A DNA stretch of 64,000 nucleotides from Octopus vulgaris. Its lineage: Eukaryota. The position numbers were made by a program, and so were the translations under genes. Of this stretch, positions 41,329-54,888 are shown piece after piece. The stretch lies in the NCBI GenBank assembly GCA_951406725.2, contig OX597815.1, forward strand, positions 40,548,001 through 40,612,000, written 5' to 3'. The notes under the pieces are model-generated. The model saw nothing but the letters and a program-made list of their open reading frames with translations, searched no databases and was not told the origin of the DNA. Every line of letters starts with the position of its first letter. Position 1 is the stretch's first letter.

Positions 41329-43242
41329 ATATAGAGTCAAGGTGACCAATCAGATGTGGTATTACTAGCTCCTGTATCACAAGCTTGTATTTCACAATGG
41401 GTGTAGTTTCTCTGAGGAAAATCAACTACTTGTTTCATTTATTCTATCACAAATATCTTTTCCTGGAAAGGTATTATTACATCAATATAACATTTCAAAA
41501 GCCAGTCTCATGGACTGGTTTTAATTAACTATTATGACTGCTGAAAGGAATGACATCCCTGTAAGAACTCAAACCTAAACCCAACAGCTAATTATTTCAA
41601 AGAAAATAACCAAATATATTGCTTTATTTTACAAATGGTGTTCAAACAGCTTCAATAAAAATATAAATACATGGAAAACAAGCAATATTAAAAAAAAAAA
41701 GAATTTTCAATAAACATAAAAATATAAAAGTAGCAATAAACAATACAATAATTTTTAATTGTAATACATGTTTTAAATGGCACATTTTAGCAGACAAAAT
41801 TCTTTTTATTGAAAAAGAACTGGTGATAAAAAAAATTACTTTATTTACAGCTACTTCACGGTTGTCCTGAAACTGTTGTTGTTTGGTACCAGTCAGTGTG
41901 ATTTCAGCAAACCTTTTTGCATGGAAGTAACCAGTCAACTTTTTTTTTTTTAAACCCAAAATCTTGTTCACTTTGCCTGCTATGCTTAAATTATGTTAAT
42001 TTGGTTTAAAATGCATTCCTTTTTTCAATAAAGCATAGTAAGGAAAGATGCATAGGAGCCTTGCCTAGAAAATGATCAATATGAAGAAAATCTATACTAC
42101 TAATCTCTTCAAACAACTCAAGAGAAAATTCATGGAGATAATTTAGACAGTCCTCATTTACAGGTTTAGCTCCAGCTCAATCCTGGCTGAAGAGACTTTT
42201 GATCAAAAGCATTCCAACCATGACCATCCAATCTGTTTATGGGTATGTAGGATTACATTATCTGTCTGTTTATCTGAGAAGTTCACTTTGCAGTCATTCT
42301 ATCTCACAGTATGACATCAAAAAAATTTCTTTACCACAGTCTCATGTCAAACCAAACCTAGCAAGTGAAATTAAGTAAACAGAAACTGAGTAGAAACTGG
42401 CAAAGTGGACTGTATCTGTAATTCAAAGGTTTGGCTTTGCAACATTGCATCATGCTGATTCTACATGAATTAAAGAAATTCATAGATCTGTGTAATACTC
42501 AACCACTTTGCTTGTTAATTCACTGAGTATGTCATTAAACTAACTGAACAACTTTTAAATATTTTTATATGTCAAAAACCTCAAAATGCCATCTAATAGT
42601 CATGATAACCTAGTCTCCAATGAAACAAAAGTATAATCCCTATACATTTCAAATAAAGTCTTCCTCTGTATTCTCCCTAAATGCGAGCAACATTCCACTT
42701 TCAAAAACATTACAAATACTTGAGCCTAACTATCTGCAATTTCTTATATATCAATACCCTCCTATCTCTTAAAGCCAAAACATTCCTCAGAGCTGATAAG
42801 CTGCTGACCCACTACAAAACTAAAGTGCGATCTACCTACCAGGACAAACACAAACATCTTCTGCATCTGAAAAAAAGATTGACAGACTTGTACACATAAC
42901 CACTAACTCATTGACACATTTTTTTTTCTCTTATCTTTTAATAACTACTACTATGATGTATGCTTCTCTGAACTTGATGCATTCCCCTCTCCTTGTTGTC
43001 ATGATCCTACCCAAGCCTTTCACTTAATAGAAAGACTTGTTTAATCCCAGGTTAAATTCTAGCTTTGATTATTCCAGCTTTTCTTTTTCTGTTGTTTGGT
43101 ACCAGTCAGTATGGTTATTTGTGATAGAATAAATGAAGCAAGTAGTTGATTTTCCTCAGAGAAACTACACCCATTGTGAAATACAAGCTTGTGATACAGG
43201 AGCTAGTAATACCACATCTGATTGGTCACCTTGACTCTATAT
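41329..43242. repeat. 127-bp inverted repeat pair (41329-41455 / 43116-43242)
   Basis: Reverse-complement match with one mismatch across a spacer of about 1.66 kb. Confidence 0.93.
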
Positions 43243-45363
43243 GTCTAAGATTACATTATCTAATGTACTATTTTTGTACATTATTGTACTATTATTTAAG
43301 GAAATTTGATTATTTCTTGTAGGTTAAGCAACCACCTAAGGACTCCTTTTGTGGCTTGTTCAAACAGATGTTTTACTACAAGATGTCAATCTACAGAAAG
43401 TGAAGCTGAAACTCCACTACATCAACCTCACCAGTCTGGGACAGTCTAAAGTGGATAGGTACTGCCTCTTTGAGTAATAAAAAATATGTATATCATCACT
43501 ATCAACATAATTTTTATTTGCCTTCAAAGCTAACACAGGCTGAATGCATTGCCTCAGTCCACGTTGGTTCTTATTCAGAGGTACTGCCATTCTTGTTGAG
43601 TTGGAGGACCATGTTAGTGTGTGTGTGTGTACACACACACGGTATTCTGGTGTAATTGGACAAGTTTTTTTGTCTCCTTTTTTTCAGGAACATTTTGATG
43701 TATGAACAGTAACAGTCAATGGCAATAAAGAGAATAAAGATTGAAGTAGTAGCTGAGAAAAAGTTAGCTGAGTTGGGAGGACTAGAAGCTAAATATTGGA
43801 AAAGAGTCGCCTGTATCATGATGATTTGCATCAGATATCAAAATCTCAACATCATGGCTGCTGCTCAATGCTCTGTGAACACTGTAAAGGTTGTCAGACA
43901 TGACATGAACAGCTAACAATTTTCAAATGGTAAAATGATTTCATTCATTCAATGATAAAAATTTTGCTGCATTACAATTACAAATTATCAAGGTAGAGTA
44001 GAGCAAACCAATAGCATTATATTACTGGTACTTATTCTATTTCTCTAATGGTGAGGAGACTCTAGTTTGAGAACTTATGTCCAGGCCAGTCACATAATCC
44101 TTTAGAAATATATAATTTATTACTGTTAATACTTGTACATACAGTGTAAGTGTTATATACTAAAAGCAACATGAAAATATAGTTCCTTTCCCTTCTGTGG
44201 TGAAAGATTGTAAAATACTCAGTTCCCTATCTCAAGTGAAATAAAAGTAAAAGGAGAAACTGGGAACTCATCTTAAATTTCTGTAATAATGTTTTTTAAC
44301 CACATGTCAGCTCCAATCAAATACATATGATGAAAGGCCTTCTGTCTATGACCATTGCATCTTATTTTCAGGTATTGTACATAATACATTATTCACTGTG
44401 CACTTTCCTTAAGATAGTAGTGTGATCTGAGACAGATTTGGCTGCTATTCTGAGCAACATAGTAGAGGCTCCTTCATGACCTATAATAGTATTTACATTT
44501 ATATTTATAATGTAGGCACACAAGGCCACATATGTTATATATTTTGATAGAGGGGTTATTCAATTAAATCAACCCCACTACTTGAATGGTAATTTATTGT
44601 ATCAATTCTGGAATAATGAAAGGAAAAAATTGACCAAGCAGAATGAGACTGAAACAGAACTAAGTACCACAAAGAATGGTGTCCAGCTCAATATTGATTC
44701 TGCCATTAATAATTATAATAATTTTTCATACTGGAATAAGCTAATTTAAAAGGGAGGAGGATAATGTCAATTGAATCTACTGCAATACAAATCTGGCTAG
44801 ATTTGAATGAGGACCTAACTGGGGCACAGAAACAAAATTCCCTTCTTGCACAGTTTTTCCTGCAGGTATCAACCTGCAAAAATTTAATCCTTTCTATATC
44901 AATCCACTCAAGACAGCCTTCAATCCCATGATACAAAACCATTTGTTTTAAAATGTTTGTATGTAACTCTTTAGCATTCAAATTATTCTGTCAAATGTAA
45001 TGCTTATTTATTCACATTGTTTTGAATTAATCATGCATTGTCTCATAGCCTTGAGACTTTGATAATGTGGTCATAGGATAGGTGTGAGAGGCAGGATATG
45101 TCTGATTTGAACATAAAACATACATGCAAAAGGGTTAAATCTTTTTTTTCAGTTCTGTTCCAAACACCAAATTAATAATGAACAAGTTATGTTATAAATT
45201 TCTCTAAATTCTTCATTTTTAAAAAAATTAATTGAGATACAGTCAATTTCATTGCCAGATTTTATAATAAATATGGTAACAAAAGGCTAAAATGGAACAT
45301 GAATCACATTAATGTCAATGGTCATGAAGGACCTGAAAATACCATAGACAGAGCCCCTGCCTC

Positions 45364-45745
45364 AAGTGGCTGTGTGGTAAGTAGCTTGCTTACCAACCAC
45401 ATGGTTCTGGGTTCAGTCCCACTGTGTGGCACCTTGGACAAGTGTCTTCTACTATAGCCTCGGGCCGACCAAAGCCTTGTGAGTGGATTTGGTTGATAGA
45501 AACTGAAAGAAGCCCATCGTATATATATATATATATGTATGTGCGTGTATATGTTTGTGTGTCTATGTTCGTTCCTCCAACATCGCTTGACAACCAATGC
45601 TGGTGTGTTTACGTTCTCATAACTTAGCTGTTCAGCAAGAGTGACTGATAGAATAAGTAATAGGCTTACAAAGAATAAGTCCTGGGGTCGATTTGCTCGA
45701 CTAAAAGCTGCAGTCAAATGACTGAAACAAGTAAAAGAGTAAAAG
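45364..45745 (+). mobile_element. tRNA-derived CORE-type SINE (octopus OR-like); many copies, e.g. ~8215-8583(-), ~52748-53131(-), ~53172-53330(-), ~54640-54995(-), ~60575-60735(+), ~62040-62356(-)
   Basis: A box GTGGCTGTGTGGTAAG, B box GGTTCAGTCC, CORE-like GGCACCTTGG(G/A)CAAGT, internal TA/TG microsatellite and a GTAAAAGA tail. Confidence 0.82.
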
Positions 45746-46808
45746 TGAGTAATAAGAGGATTTATACAATAATTGATTTCTCATACATTTTCTTAGTCAA
45801 CCAATTTATAGAAGAGAGAAGATAAAATATTTATACCCTTCTCAAGAGTGTCAAAAACAATAATAAACTTTTATGGTTAAATCTTATAACAATCCTTGAT
45901 AACATTATATGAAAAAGAAGGAATGTTCTGAATTAAATTATATTGCTCCATCAGAAGTGACAAAAAAAATTTATTTGAAAATGAAGAGTATTGATAAAGT
46001 GTCAATAATTTTAATAAAAGTTAAATATATTTTGGTGAGATAGCACACCTCTATTGCAAAACAATCCATTATACCAATTTATGCTACATCAATATGTTTA
46101 GACTAGCAAAAAAGCCTAGCTATGTATGCATGTCCTCCTAGTTCTGCTAAATTTCTCACAAATAGAAAAAGAGCTGGTTTCTAATCCAAAGCTCTTTTGT
46201 TGGAACTTAGACAACATCAACTAGATAGCCATGTATTGTATGCATCTGCACACATGCATGCAAGAATGCTTGTCATTGTGCTGTAACGTATTTGTTACAT
46301 ACAATAAATAAGATAACCAGACAGCAGTAAAAACAATGTAACGAATTATCAAATCTCTTTCTGAACCAACAATCAATATTCCTTGTGAACTAACCAACCG
46401 ACACCTTTCTACTTCACTGCAAACTAACATGTACTTCACTTGACTCCAAACTCTGAACTTATGAACTCACTCGGATCGTTGCTATTTATACTTTACTCAG
46501 ACCAGGCTATCTTTCACAAGGGGGCATCGTAACTCTCATCACAACACACTGCATTATGGATTTGCATATTTTGATTTAACATTTGTGTACATATGTTTGG
46601 GTGTCAACATATGTGCATATGTACCAATACAGACCAAACTTTTGAAACGTTTTACATATATTCACAGACTTGTAATTGGCTTGTAAATGTAAGTTCCTAA
46701 TCATATATCATTTCTGATTTTGTGAAACCCAGCTTCAAGACTAGTACTAAGGCAGTTAGTAAAGTAACCCAATAATTAAAGATATAAATCTAAAGCTATA
46801 GTCTAGAT

Positions 46809-47138
46809 CAGGGGTTCTCAACCATTTTTTTACCTGTGGACCCCTTTGATCCCATTTTTACTTAAGTGGACCCCCATAGTCATTCAATGTTTAGAAAATT
46901 TTATTGTATTTTTATAAATAAATATTACTGGGAATTGTATAAAATTTGCTAAATTATTTTGTGTATTGTGAAGGGATAATCTGCACACAAACTTTACTGG
47001 TCTGAGCACAATTTTTTCATGACTCCTGAAAAATTATTGTAGACCTCCCCCCACCAGTTTACTATATTGCATACATGGACAACCAAAAATTTTATAAGAA
47101 CCCACAGGATCCATATGGACCCCAGTTGAAAACTCCTA
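46809..47138. mobile_element. hAT (Charlie-like) MITE
   Basis: 8-bp TSD GTCTAGAT (46801-46808, 47139-47146); TIRs CAGGGGTTCTCAAC / GTTGAAAACTCCTA. Confidence 0.88.
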
Positions 47139-48499
47139 GTCTAGATGGAGTATCTGTAGGATTTCTTGTTATTTTGGAGGAATAAATGTTTTGTTTTCTA
47201 CTTATCTTTAATATTAACATCTGAAAAATTGATTTCCACTACTGCAAGTTGATGCTGCCAGGAATGCAGCTCACAGAAGATTCAAGATAAACAATGAACA
47301 CGAGGCTCATTGTGAATAGAATGCTATCCAACAGTCAGACAGGCAGTGAATAGATAACTGATAAATGGCAAGCTCACTTTCAACTGGATATTGTCAAAGA
47401 GACAACATGAAAGTCATAAATGCACCAGGCTTGACAAAAAGCTCAAAGAGCAAGACAAAGAATGATTTGATCTTTCAAATGACGAGTGAAAAAAGAAGTG
47501 CCTTCAATTTTGATCTGGATATGACTAAGATTCTGAAAAAATTATTTCAATTGGCATCGTGTCCAGAATTTGTGACCAAGAAATGAAAGCAAGAGATGCT
47601 TGCAATGTGGAGTTCCAATAAAAAAAAGTTACTCAACCAGTCTTTGTTGATTCACCAGTAACCTAAGACAGATTCTTTCTCTTACTTCCAAGACATTTCT
47701 TGCAGAACTGATAGTTATGCTTCCTAAATAACTTTCTTCGGAGCTAGCCACATCAGAAGAGGACATTAGATTAAAATAACTATCTATGTATCATACATAA
47801 TGTGAATACACCACTGAAAGGCAAATTTACTGTGATATTTGTATGGAGATATCTCTGCATTTAAAAACACAGCATGTCAGCAGGAGATAAAAATCATCCC
47901 AGCAGTGGCTTGAGACTGCCAAAAGCATTTCTGCTTTGTTGGATGTTGTCAATAAGCAGATGCTTAGATGAAATTTATCTCTATTCATATATAGGAAAAC
48001 ACTGTATAAGCATTCACTGGTGTTGTGAATAGACACCCAACTAAATAAGAATGTGTTATATGTAACAGAAGTTGTATTTGATTAAAACAACCATCTATGT
48101 ATCGTATTTAATGTAAATACATTAAGTACGACTGGAACAAAGCTGACTGGACTCCTATTGTACTGAGTTACAGTACCAAAACTGGCTTACATTTTAGGAT
48201 TCCAGAACTGTTAATACTAGCCTTCAGTGTAACTTTAGTTCAATTTGGGCTATTTGCTGAGCATCAGTACCATATATACATGTTAGAAACCTTAAAAGTG
48301 TAATTGGAAGACTGCAGCAATCTGCTTTGCAAGGAAAGAACAAAAGGACACTGAATGTAAATACAGATTACTTAGAACAAAGGATAATAGAAGGCAAAAC
48401 AGAGTGTGTAGCCATATCAAGGAGGTGACTAAAAAGCAGTAATTAAATTTGAACAATGCATAACAATCATCAACCCAGATAGTAAAGTGTTTTGGAAAT

Positions 48500-49620
48500 A
48501 TGAGCATTTGAAACAGGCCTCATTCACCAGTCAGCCCTCTTCACAATCTCCATACAGGTCAGATTACTAATCATCACAAAGAGTACACAAAACTTATTGC
48601 TGAATGCTATGCTGGCATTTTTACTGTGGAAAATCCAAATGTACCCTCTTCACTGCTACTGACACCAAATTTCATAATACCTGTTGAAATAAATCCTACA
48701 ATGTTGTGATGCCACTTCAAGTATATAAACAACTATGCTTCCCCTGGTCTTGAAGATGTTACTTAACTGTTTCTTAGACATGACAGGCTCTTTTTATTGC
48801 ATTAACTTTTGCCCTGCTTTCAATTTTGTTACTCCAGAACAGTGGAAAACTCAGCATTATTCCTTTGTTCAGAAAGGGCAACCACGCATCACATGTCAAT
48901 TATGGTCCAGGTTACACTAGCTATATCACCAAATTGATGGAATCCTGCAATAATGAGACTTCTGAAACTTTTGGGACTCTCATAACCTTATTCAACTCTC
49001 ACAATTTGCCTTTATCCCTAACTTCAGCTGCTGTAGCTAACTCATCAAATTCCTTGAAGACATCATCCAAAACTCCAAAACCTTTAATTCTGAACCACAA
49101 AAATGACTTATTGTGAAGATCTCTGCAATAGGCATGATGGTTAATCTTTGTAACTTGTTGAAGTCCTTCATTCCTGGCCAAAAGGTGAGAGTCACAGTAC
49201 TAGGACAACATTCTGCATCCTATGTGATAACATCTGTTGACTTACAGTAATATATTTTTGCTCTCTTGTTGTTTATTGCATATATTAATAAAATAGATGC
49301 CAACTTGAAGCATGTTAATGTATTAAAATACATAAAAGACATTAAGCTCTACCTTGAGATGAAAAAAAAAAAATCAAAATTTATGTTACAGATCTGTTCT
49401 GTAATCTGAGCAGGAGACAATGCAGCAATAAACTGTAGGCTGACAACACAAGCTGTCTGCAGATAATTGAACCACTGTACATTTTGGAAGGAAAGACTTG
49501 GAATTTACCTTCTCCCACCACAACACCAATCTTAAGAAGTCTGCTGGTGAATGTGACTAAGGCAATATTGTCAACAATGACCTGCAATGGCTGAATCACA
49601 TTTCTAAAATTGTCAAAAAA
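48500..49620 (+). mobile_element. Highly decayed CR1-type LINE reverse transcriptase
   Basis: PEQWKT, IIPLFRKGNHASHVNYGP and LLFIAYINKID...LKYIKDIKLY remnants. May extend left to about 47200. Confidence 0.7.
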
Positions 49621-49789
49621 GTCAAAGATATCTCAGCATCTGTCAGCAAGACCTTTGTCAACCACTCACTGGCTATGTATTTAAAGCCATATATGGTTAT
49701 GTCTCACCCTAGGGTAATACTAATTTAAGGGTTTCTGGAAGTTTTGTTGTACAGATACATACAATTTATATACACATACACTCATACAC

Positions 49790-50600
49790 AATGTAGCTTG
49801 TCTCATAATGATGGGACACACAAATTTGGCTATATATTAATAAACTAGCTTAAAAGTCACCCTATTGGGCTGCTTTTAAGCTAGCTCCTGTATAGGGCTC
49901 TTCATTGGGCCTTGGGCCCAACAATGACACTTCATGCATTAAATACATATTAAATTTTATTAAACTTGACCAATATTCTTCAAGCAATGCACAATTTTCA
50001 TCAAAACAATGATATAATTTGTCGACTTGGAACTTACTGCAAAACTGCATGATAAACATATTTTAACTTCCCATTCAGGGGTTAGTACAATTTTTTTTTT
50101 CTGTCTAACCTCTTTCTTTCTCACTCTCTTTCTGTTGATTATTTTCAACCATCACCATCACCAGTACCACCACCATCACCAGTACCACCACCATCACTAC
50201 CACAACTGCCATACACACAGCATTCAGACTTCTGATGCCACCACCTTTGACTTTGCCGCCTTCCCCTCCACCACCATCATCATCACTTACTATCACCATT
50301 GTTCCTGACTGCTTCAGCTACCACCACCACCATCACCTCCTAATCACAACTACAGCTATTACTATTACTATCACCCAATTACCATCACAATTGTCAATCT
50401 ACTACCATCTCTATGCCTACTATTACTCTTAGCCCAACATGAGCAATTGTAGGAGTGTCAATGAATGGTGAGAGAGGGGGTTCAAAGTGTGACACACTGA
50501 CACACAAATTAGTTTTTGCATTTATTATATTATATGTACTTCTTTCAGTCCTAGCTACTTGCATTTAAAATGTGTCCCATCATTATGAGACACCACAAAT
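49790..50600. mobile_element. Tc1-like non-autonomous element containing a (CAC/CAT)n low-complexity tract
   Basis: TIR core GTCTCATAATGATGGGACACA (49800-49820) / TGTGTCCCATCATTATGAGAC (50571-50591). Confidence 0.7.
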
Positions 50601-51369
50601 AAATAAATATATACATCCCTTTCGCATTCAGATTATTTTGCTAAATATAATGGTTATTCATTTACATTACTTTGAATGAACCACAATTATCTTCAAGATT
50701 TTGATGAAAGTGATCATTTATTTTTAGAATGACATTGTAGGGTAGGGGTGAGAGTTTGGATCTTGCCAGTTTAAATATAAAACAGAATATTTGTGCTGGA
50801 TACAGCCGTTTTAAATGATAAAGGGTGTATATATATCCAACAAGCTAGAGGGCTGTGTTGATTTCCAATGTTTGTTTTGCCATAGTTTCTACAGCTGAAT
50901 GTCCTTCTTAATGCTAACCACTTTACAGAATGTAAAGGCTGCTTTTTGCATGGAACCAGTACTAGTGAGGTCACCAAGTAATTCGCAAGACCATGAAAAA
51001 GACCCCTTGACTGTGTAGGGTTATAGTAGAATAGGAGTTCGCTTTATGCTAGGTGTTGAGGGGGTAAAGTATAGTACAGAGACAGACATAAGTATCTCAC
51101 TACAGAGAAGACACATAGCCACCCAACATTGTATAAGAATAGAAGTAGCTGAAAAGAAAACAACAATGGTGGTGACAAAATGGCAGAGCATACTTTCAAG
51201 ATGCAAGAAGATGAATATAAGAGAATATGGACAAAGAATTAGGAAAGGTAGGTAATTAAATTATTTACAGTGTGAGAGGAGGGTGACAGATGATTAGAAA
51301 TGAGTGTAAAAATGAATGTAATGAATGGGACATGGATGGGGGTGTGGTCAGGATCTCACTTTCATTAAG

Positions 51370-52710
51370 ACAGAAGGGTCTTCTTGAGCAGATCATATTA
51401 CTAATCATCTTGGTTCTTTGACATCTCCATGAGGCTTAAAATCTTAAGGTCAACCTTCACTACTTCATCCAATGTCTTCCTGGGTCTCCCCCTTTCACAT
51501 TTAGCAATCAGTGCTTCTTTACACAGCTATTCCTATCCAAACATGACCATACCAGTGCAGTCTTCTCTCATGCACACTACATCTGATTCCTTTTAGGCCC
51601 AATTTTTCAGAAGGAACTATATGGAAAATAAAGCAGTAAGGGATGATACTGAGAATGTGGGATAGGTGACAAAGGAAATGATGCCAAGGAATGGGAGAAC
51701 CAGTAGCACACAAGGTTATGAAATATGTACAGTTCTGCTCTTATACAAATACAACAGCTGAGTAAATGGTGTCCTACTTAAAAGAGTGATGGAGGAATGG
51801 CTGTTAGGAAATTGCGGTGGAGGCTTAACAGGGACAAACTGAGTGCAGGAGTAGAGATATAAATGATGTGCTTTTAGGACTTCAGAGTCTTCTCAAGCAC
51901 TGTAGATTGCCAATCATTTTGATCCTTTGTCATCTCCTCCATGAGGCTCAACAACTTGAGGTTGGTTTTTGCTACATCACTGTTTTGTTGGGTCTACCTC
52001 TGCAACAGGTTCCATCCACATTTGCAATCAGCACTTCTTTATGCAATTGTTGCCACTCATATGCATCACATGACCACACTACTGCAGTCTTCTCCCTTGC
52101 ATACTACATTCAATGCCTCTTAGGCTCAATTTTTCTCTCAACATGTTAGCACCTTGTCGTACATGCACACTTATATTGCAAATCCAATGGAACATACAAG
52201 CTTTATTTCTTTCTAGCCTTCATACATCTTCTGCATTCACAGTTCTCATTTCACTATCAACAGGCATTACTGTTTATACACAAGTCTGATGTCACTCTGA
52301 AAGAGAAGCTTTTTGTAACCAACTGAGGTAATAGCTCTCTGAACATTTTCCAGCCAGTTCTAGCAGTCATACTTTCAGAACATCCTCCGTCACTGATACT
52401 TAGTTCACCTATATAACAGAAACTATTTACTATCTGTAAGGATCCTCCTAGGTATTCAAGAAAATCTATTTCCCGTACATTCTTAGTGTTTACTGCACAT
52501 TTGCTACAAACTATACTTTCTCCATTAACTTTCCTATGATTCCACTGCACCTCTTATGTGTCCACAGTTTGCACAGGGTAGACTGCATGGAATTTCTACC
52601 TACACTTCCCTACATAAGGTCATTTTCCTGAAGGGATTAGCATCTTTTCTGTTTTCCTGCTTACTAGAACATTGGTCTTTGTAAACTTTAAGGCCCTTTG
52701 ATTTCACACT
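51370..52710 (-). mobile_element. Decayed RTE LINE fragments
   Basis: IVNSFCYIGE...GGCSESMTARTGWKMFRELLP and ERRLHWYGHV motifs, with many frameshifts. Confidence 0.75.
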
Positions 52711-52941
52711 GGGAATTTCTTTTTTAATTATTTTATCTCTTACCTAATGTTTCAGTCATTTGACTTTGGCCATGCTGGGGCATTACCTTGAAGGATTTTA
52801 ATCAAACAAATTGTCCCCAGGACTTATTCGTTGTAAGCCTAGTACTTATTCTATCGGTCTCTTTTGCCAAACCGCTAAGTAACGGGGACATAAACGTACC
52901 AGCATCGGTTGTCAAGTGATGTTGGGGGGACAAACACAGAT

Positions 52942-52973
<32 letters not shown>

Positions 52974-53563
52974 GACAGGCTTCTTACAGTTTCCGTCTAC
53001 CAAATCCACTCACAAGGCTTTGGTCAGCACGAGGCTATAGTAGAAGACACTTTCCCAAGGTGCCATGCAGTGGGACTGAACCCGGAACCGTGTGGTTGGT
53101 AAGCAAGCTACTTACCACACAGCCACTCCTGCGCATATATATATATATATATACATACAATATATATAAACAGGCTTCTTTCAGTTCCCATCTATCAAAT
53201 CTACCTACAAGGCTTTGGTCAGCCTGAGGATATAGTAGAAGACACTTGCCCAAAGTGCCATGCAGTGGGACTGAACATGGAATCACGTGGTTGGGAGGCA
53301 AGCTTCTTACCACACAGCTATGCCTGCACCTACTGCATATACATCTGTAAGAACATGACCATCAGCATAGGGGAGTTCACACAAGCAACTCGTCTTAAAC
53401 TCTTCTGTTATGGGCTGAAGGACTATGATAAATAGGATGGGACAGAACCTGGCAAACCCCTACGTCCACACTAAATTCATTGTATTCATTGCTAAGTCAC
53501 ATATTATTGACAGTATCTAGTTATATATATTTATAAACATAGATTTATAAATGTGTGTGTGTT

Positions 53564-53780
53564 TATGGGGAGGTGCTGAAAAGTTCCTGACTTTGGATAA
53601 AAGAAAACACAGGAGGATCAGTTAATGATTTTATTCAACACATTCTCCTCTCAGATTCACACACTTATTGCAGCAGTCCTTCAGTTTTTCTAAGCCCTGT
53701 AAAAGAACCTGAATTTTGGGCCTCCAGCTAGGTCTTTCACAACACCTTTGAAGCCAGGAACTTGTCAGCACCCTTTCGTA
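53564..53780. mobile_element. Mariner-type MITE
   Basis: Imperfect TIRs GGTGCTGAAAAGTTCCTGACTT / AAGCCAGGAACTTGTCAGCACC with TA ends. Confidence 0.75.
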
Positions 53781-53788
53781 TATGTTTA

Positions 53789-53819
<31 letters not shown>

Positions 53820-53999
53820 ATATTAGGGAATAAATCCAAATTTACAGGGAAAATCAGATTTAGGATTGAATCCAATTTTATAGTAAAATATTATATAATA
53901 TTAATTAGAGACAAAACCACTATTTTGCAAATCAAACAAAGAAAGACTTAATCCAATACATAAAACAATTTTAATATAAATTAAATAAAATTATATTAG

Positions 54000-54045
54000 C
54001 CACTACAATTGTTTCATGTCTCTTCTCAGGACATTCATCAGGTGG
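54000..54045 (-). ncRNA. Minimal type I hammerhead ribozyme motif (family B), mirror copy, sense to the CLEC16A pre-mRNA
   Basis: Exact reverse complement of 54105-54150 within the palindrome 53892-54258. Confidence 0.88.
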
Positions 54046-54104
54046 ATTTCAGGTCTTCTATTCTATTTTAAGTTTAACTTAAAATAGAATAGAAGACCTG
54101 AAAT

Positions 54105-54150
54105 CCACCTGATGAATGTCCTGAGAAGAGACATGAAACAATTGTAGTGG
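54105..54150 (+). ncRNA. Minimal type I hammerhead ribozyme motif (family B, Penelope-like)
   Basis: Stem I CCAC/GTGG; core CTGATGA (54109-54115); stem II ATGTC/GACAT; GAAA (54135-54138); minimal stem III with palindromic CAATTG; triplet GUA, cut after 54146. Confidence 0.88.
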
Positions 54151-54245
54151 CTAATATAATTTTATTTAATTTATATTAAAATTGTTTTATGTATTGGATT
54201 AAGTCTTTCTTTGTTTGATTTGCAAAATAGTGGTTTTGTCTCTAA

Positions 54246-54295
<50 letters not shown>

Positions 54296-54299
<4 letters not shown>

Positions 54300-54614
54300 T
54301 CTATAATTATGAGTATAATTATAATTAGGGTTCAGCAAAATTTGCTTCACCACATACCGAAATTTAGAAATAGCAGTTAAACTACTATAAGATATCTCCC
54401 AATTGCTGTCTGGAAGATATCTTATGGTAGTTTAACTGCTATTTCTAAATTTCGGTATGTGGTGAAGCAAATTTTGCTGAACCCTAAATATAATTATACA
54501 ATTATACTCATAATTATAGAATTTTTGTATAAGTTTACCAATAACAGTTCTTTTAACATACCAAACTACTTGGTAAAATTATTAATTAATTAATTTTACC
54601 CTTTATTATTATTG
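54296..54614. mobile_element. Fold-back insert in (TA)n without a canonical hammerhead
   Basis: Roughly 100-bp inverted arms (54296-54397 / 54415-54524), a right extension ending TTATTATTATTG, and (TA)n flanks. Confidence 0.6.
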
Positions 54615-54834
54615 ATATATATATATATACACACACACTTTTTATCTTTTACTTGTTTCAGTTATTTGACTGCGGTCGTGAAGGGGTACATTGCCTTGAA
54701 AGGTTTTAGTCGAACAAATCGACCCCAAGGCTTGTACTTATTCTATCGGTCTTTTTGGCCGAACCTCTAAGTCATTGGGACGTAAACACACCAACACTGA
54801 TTGTCAAATGGTGGTGTTGGCCAAACAAACGCAC

Positions 54835-54888
<54 letters not shown>

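Larger units (their letters stand above)
53806..54258. mobile_element. Fold-back insert in (TA)n, probable Penelope-like element pLTR remnant
   Basis: 183-bp arms around T54075. The unpaired left extension ends in (TAA)n/(TA)n. Carries hammerhead motifs. Confidence 0.75.

Noticed and set aside
41329-43242. Interpretation as a 1.9-kb DNA transposon with 127-bp TIRs
   Set aside because: No TSD and no transposase; the adjacent 21-bp direct copy points to a templated insertion instead.
45364-45440. tRNA-like A/B boxes (also at 17881, 30283 and about 62800)
   Set aside because: These are SINE heads; there is no complete cloverleaf.
50027-50432. His/Pro/Thr-rich ORFs
   Set aside because: Translation of a (CAC/CAT)n low-complexity tract.
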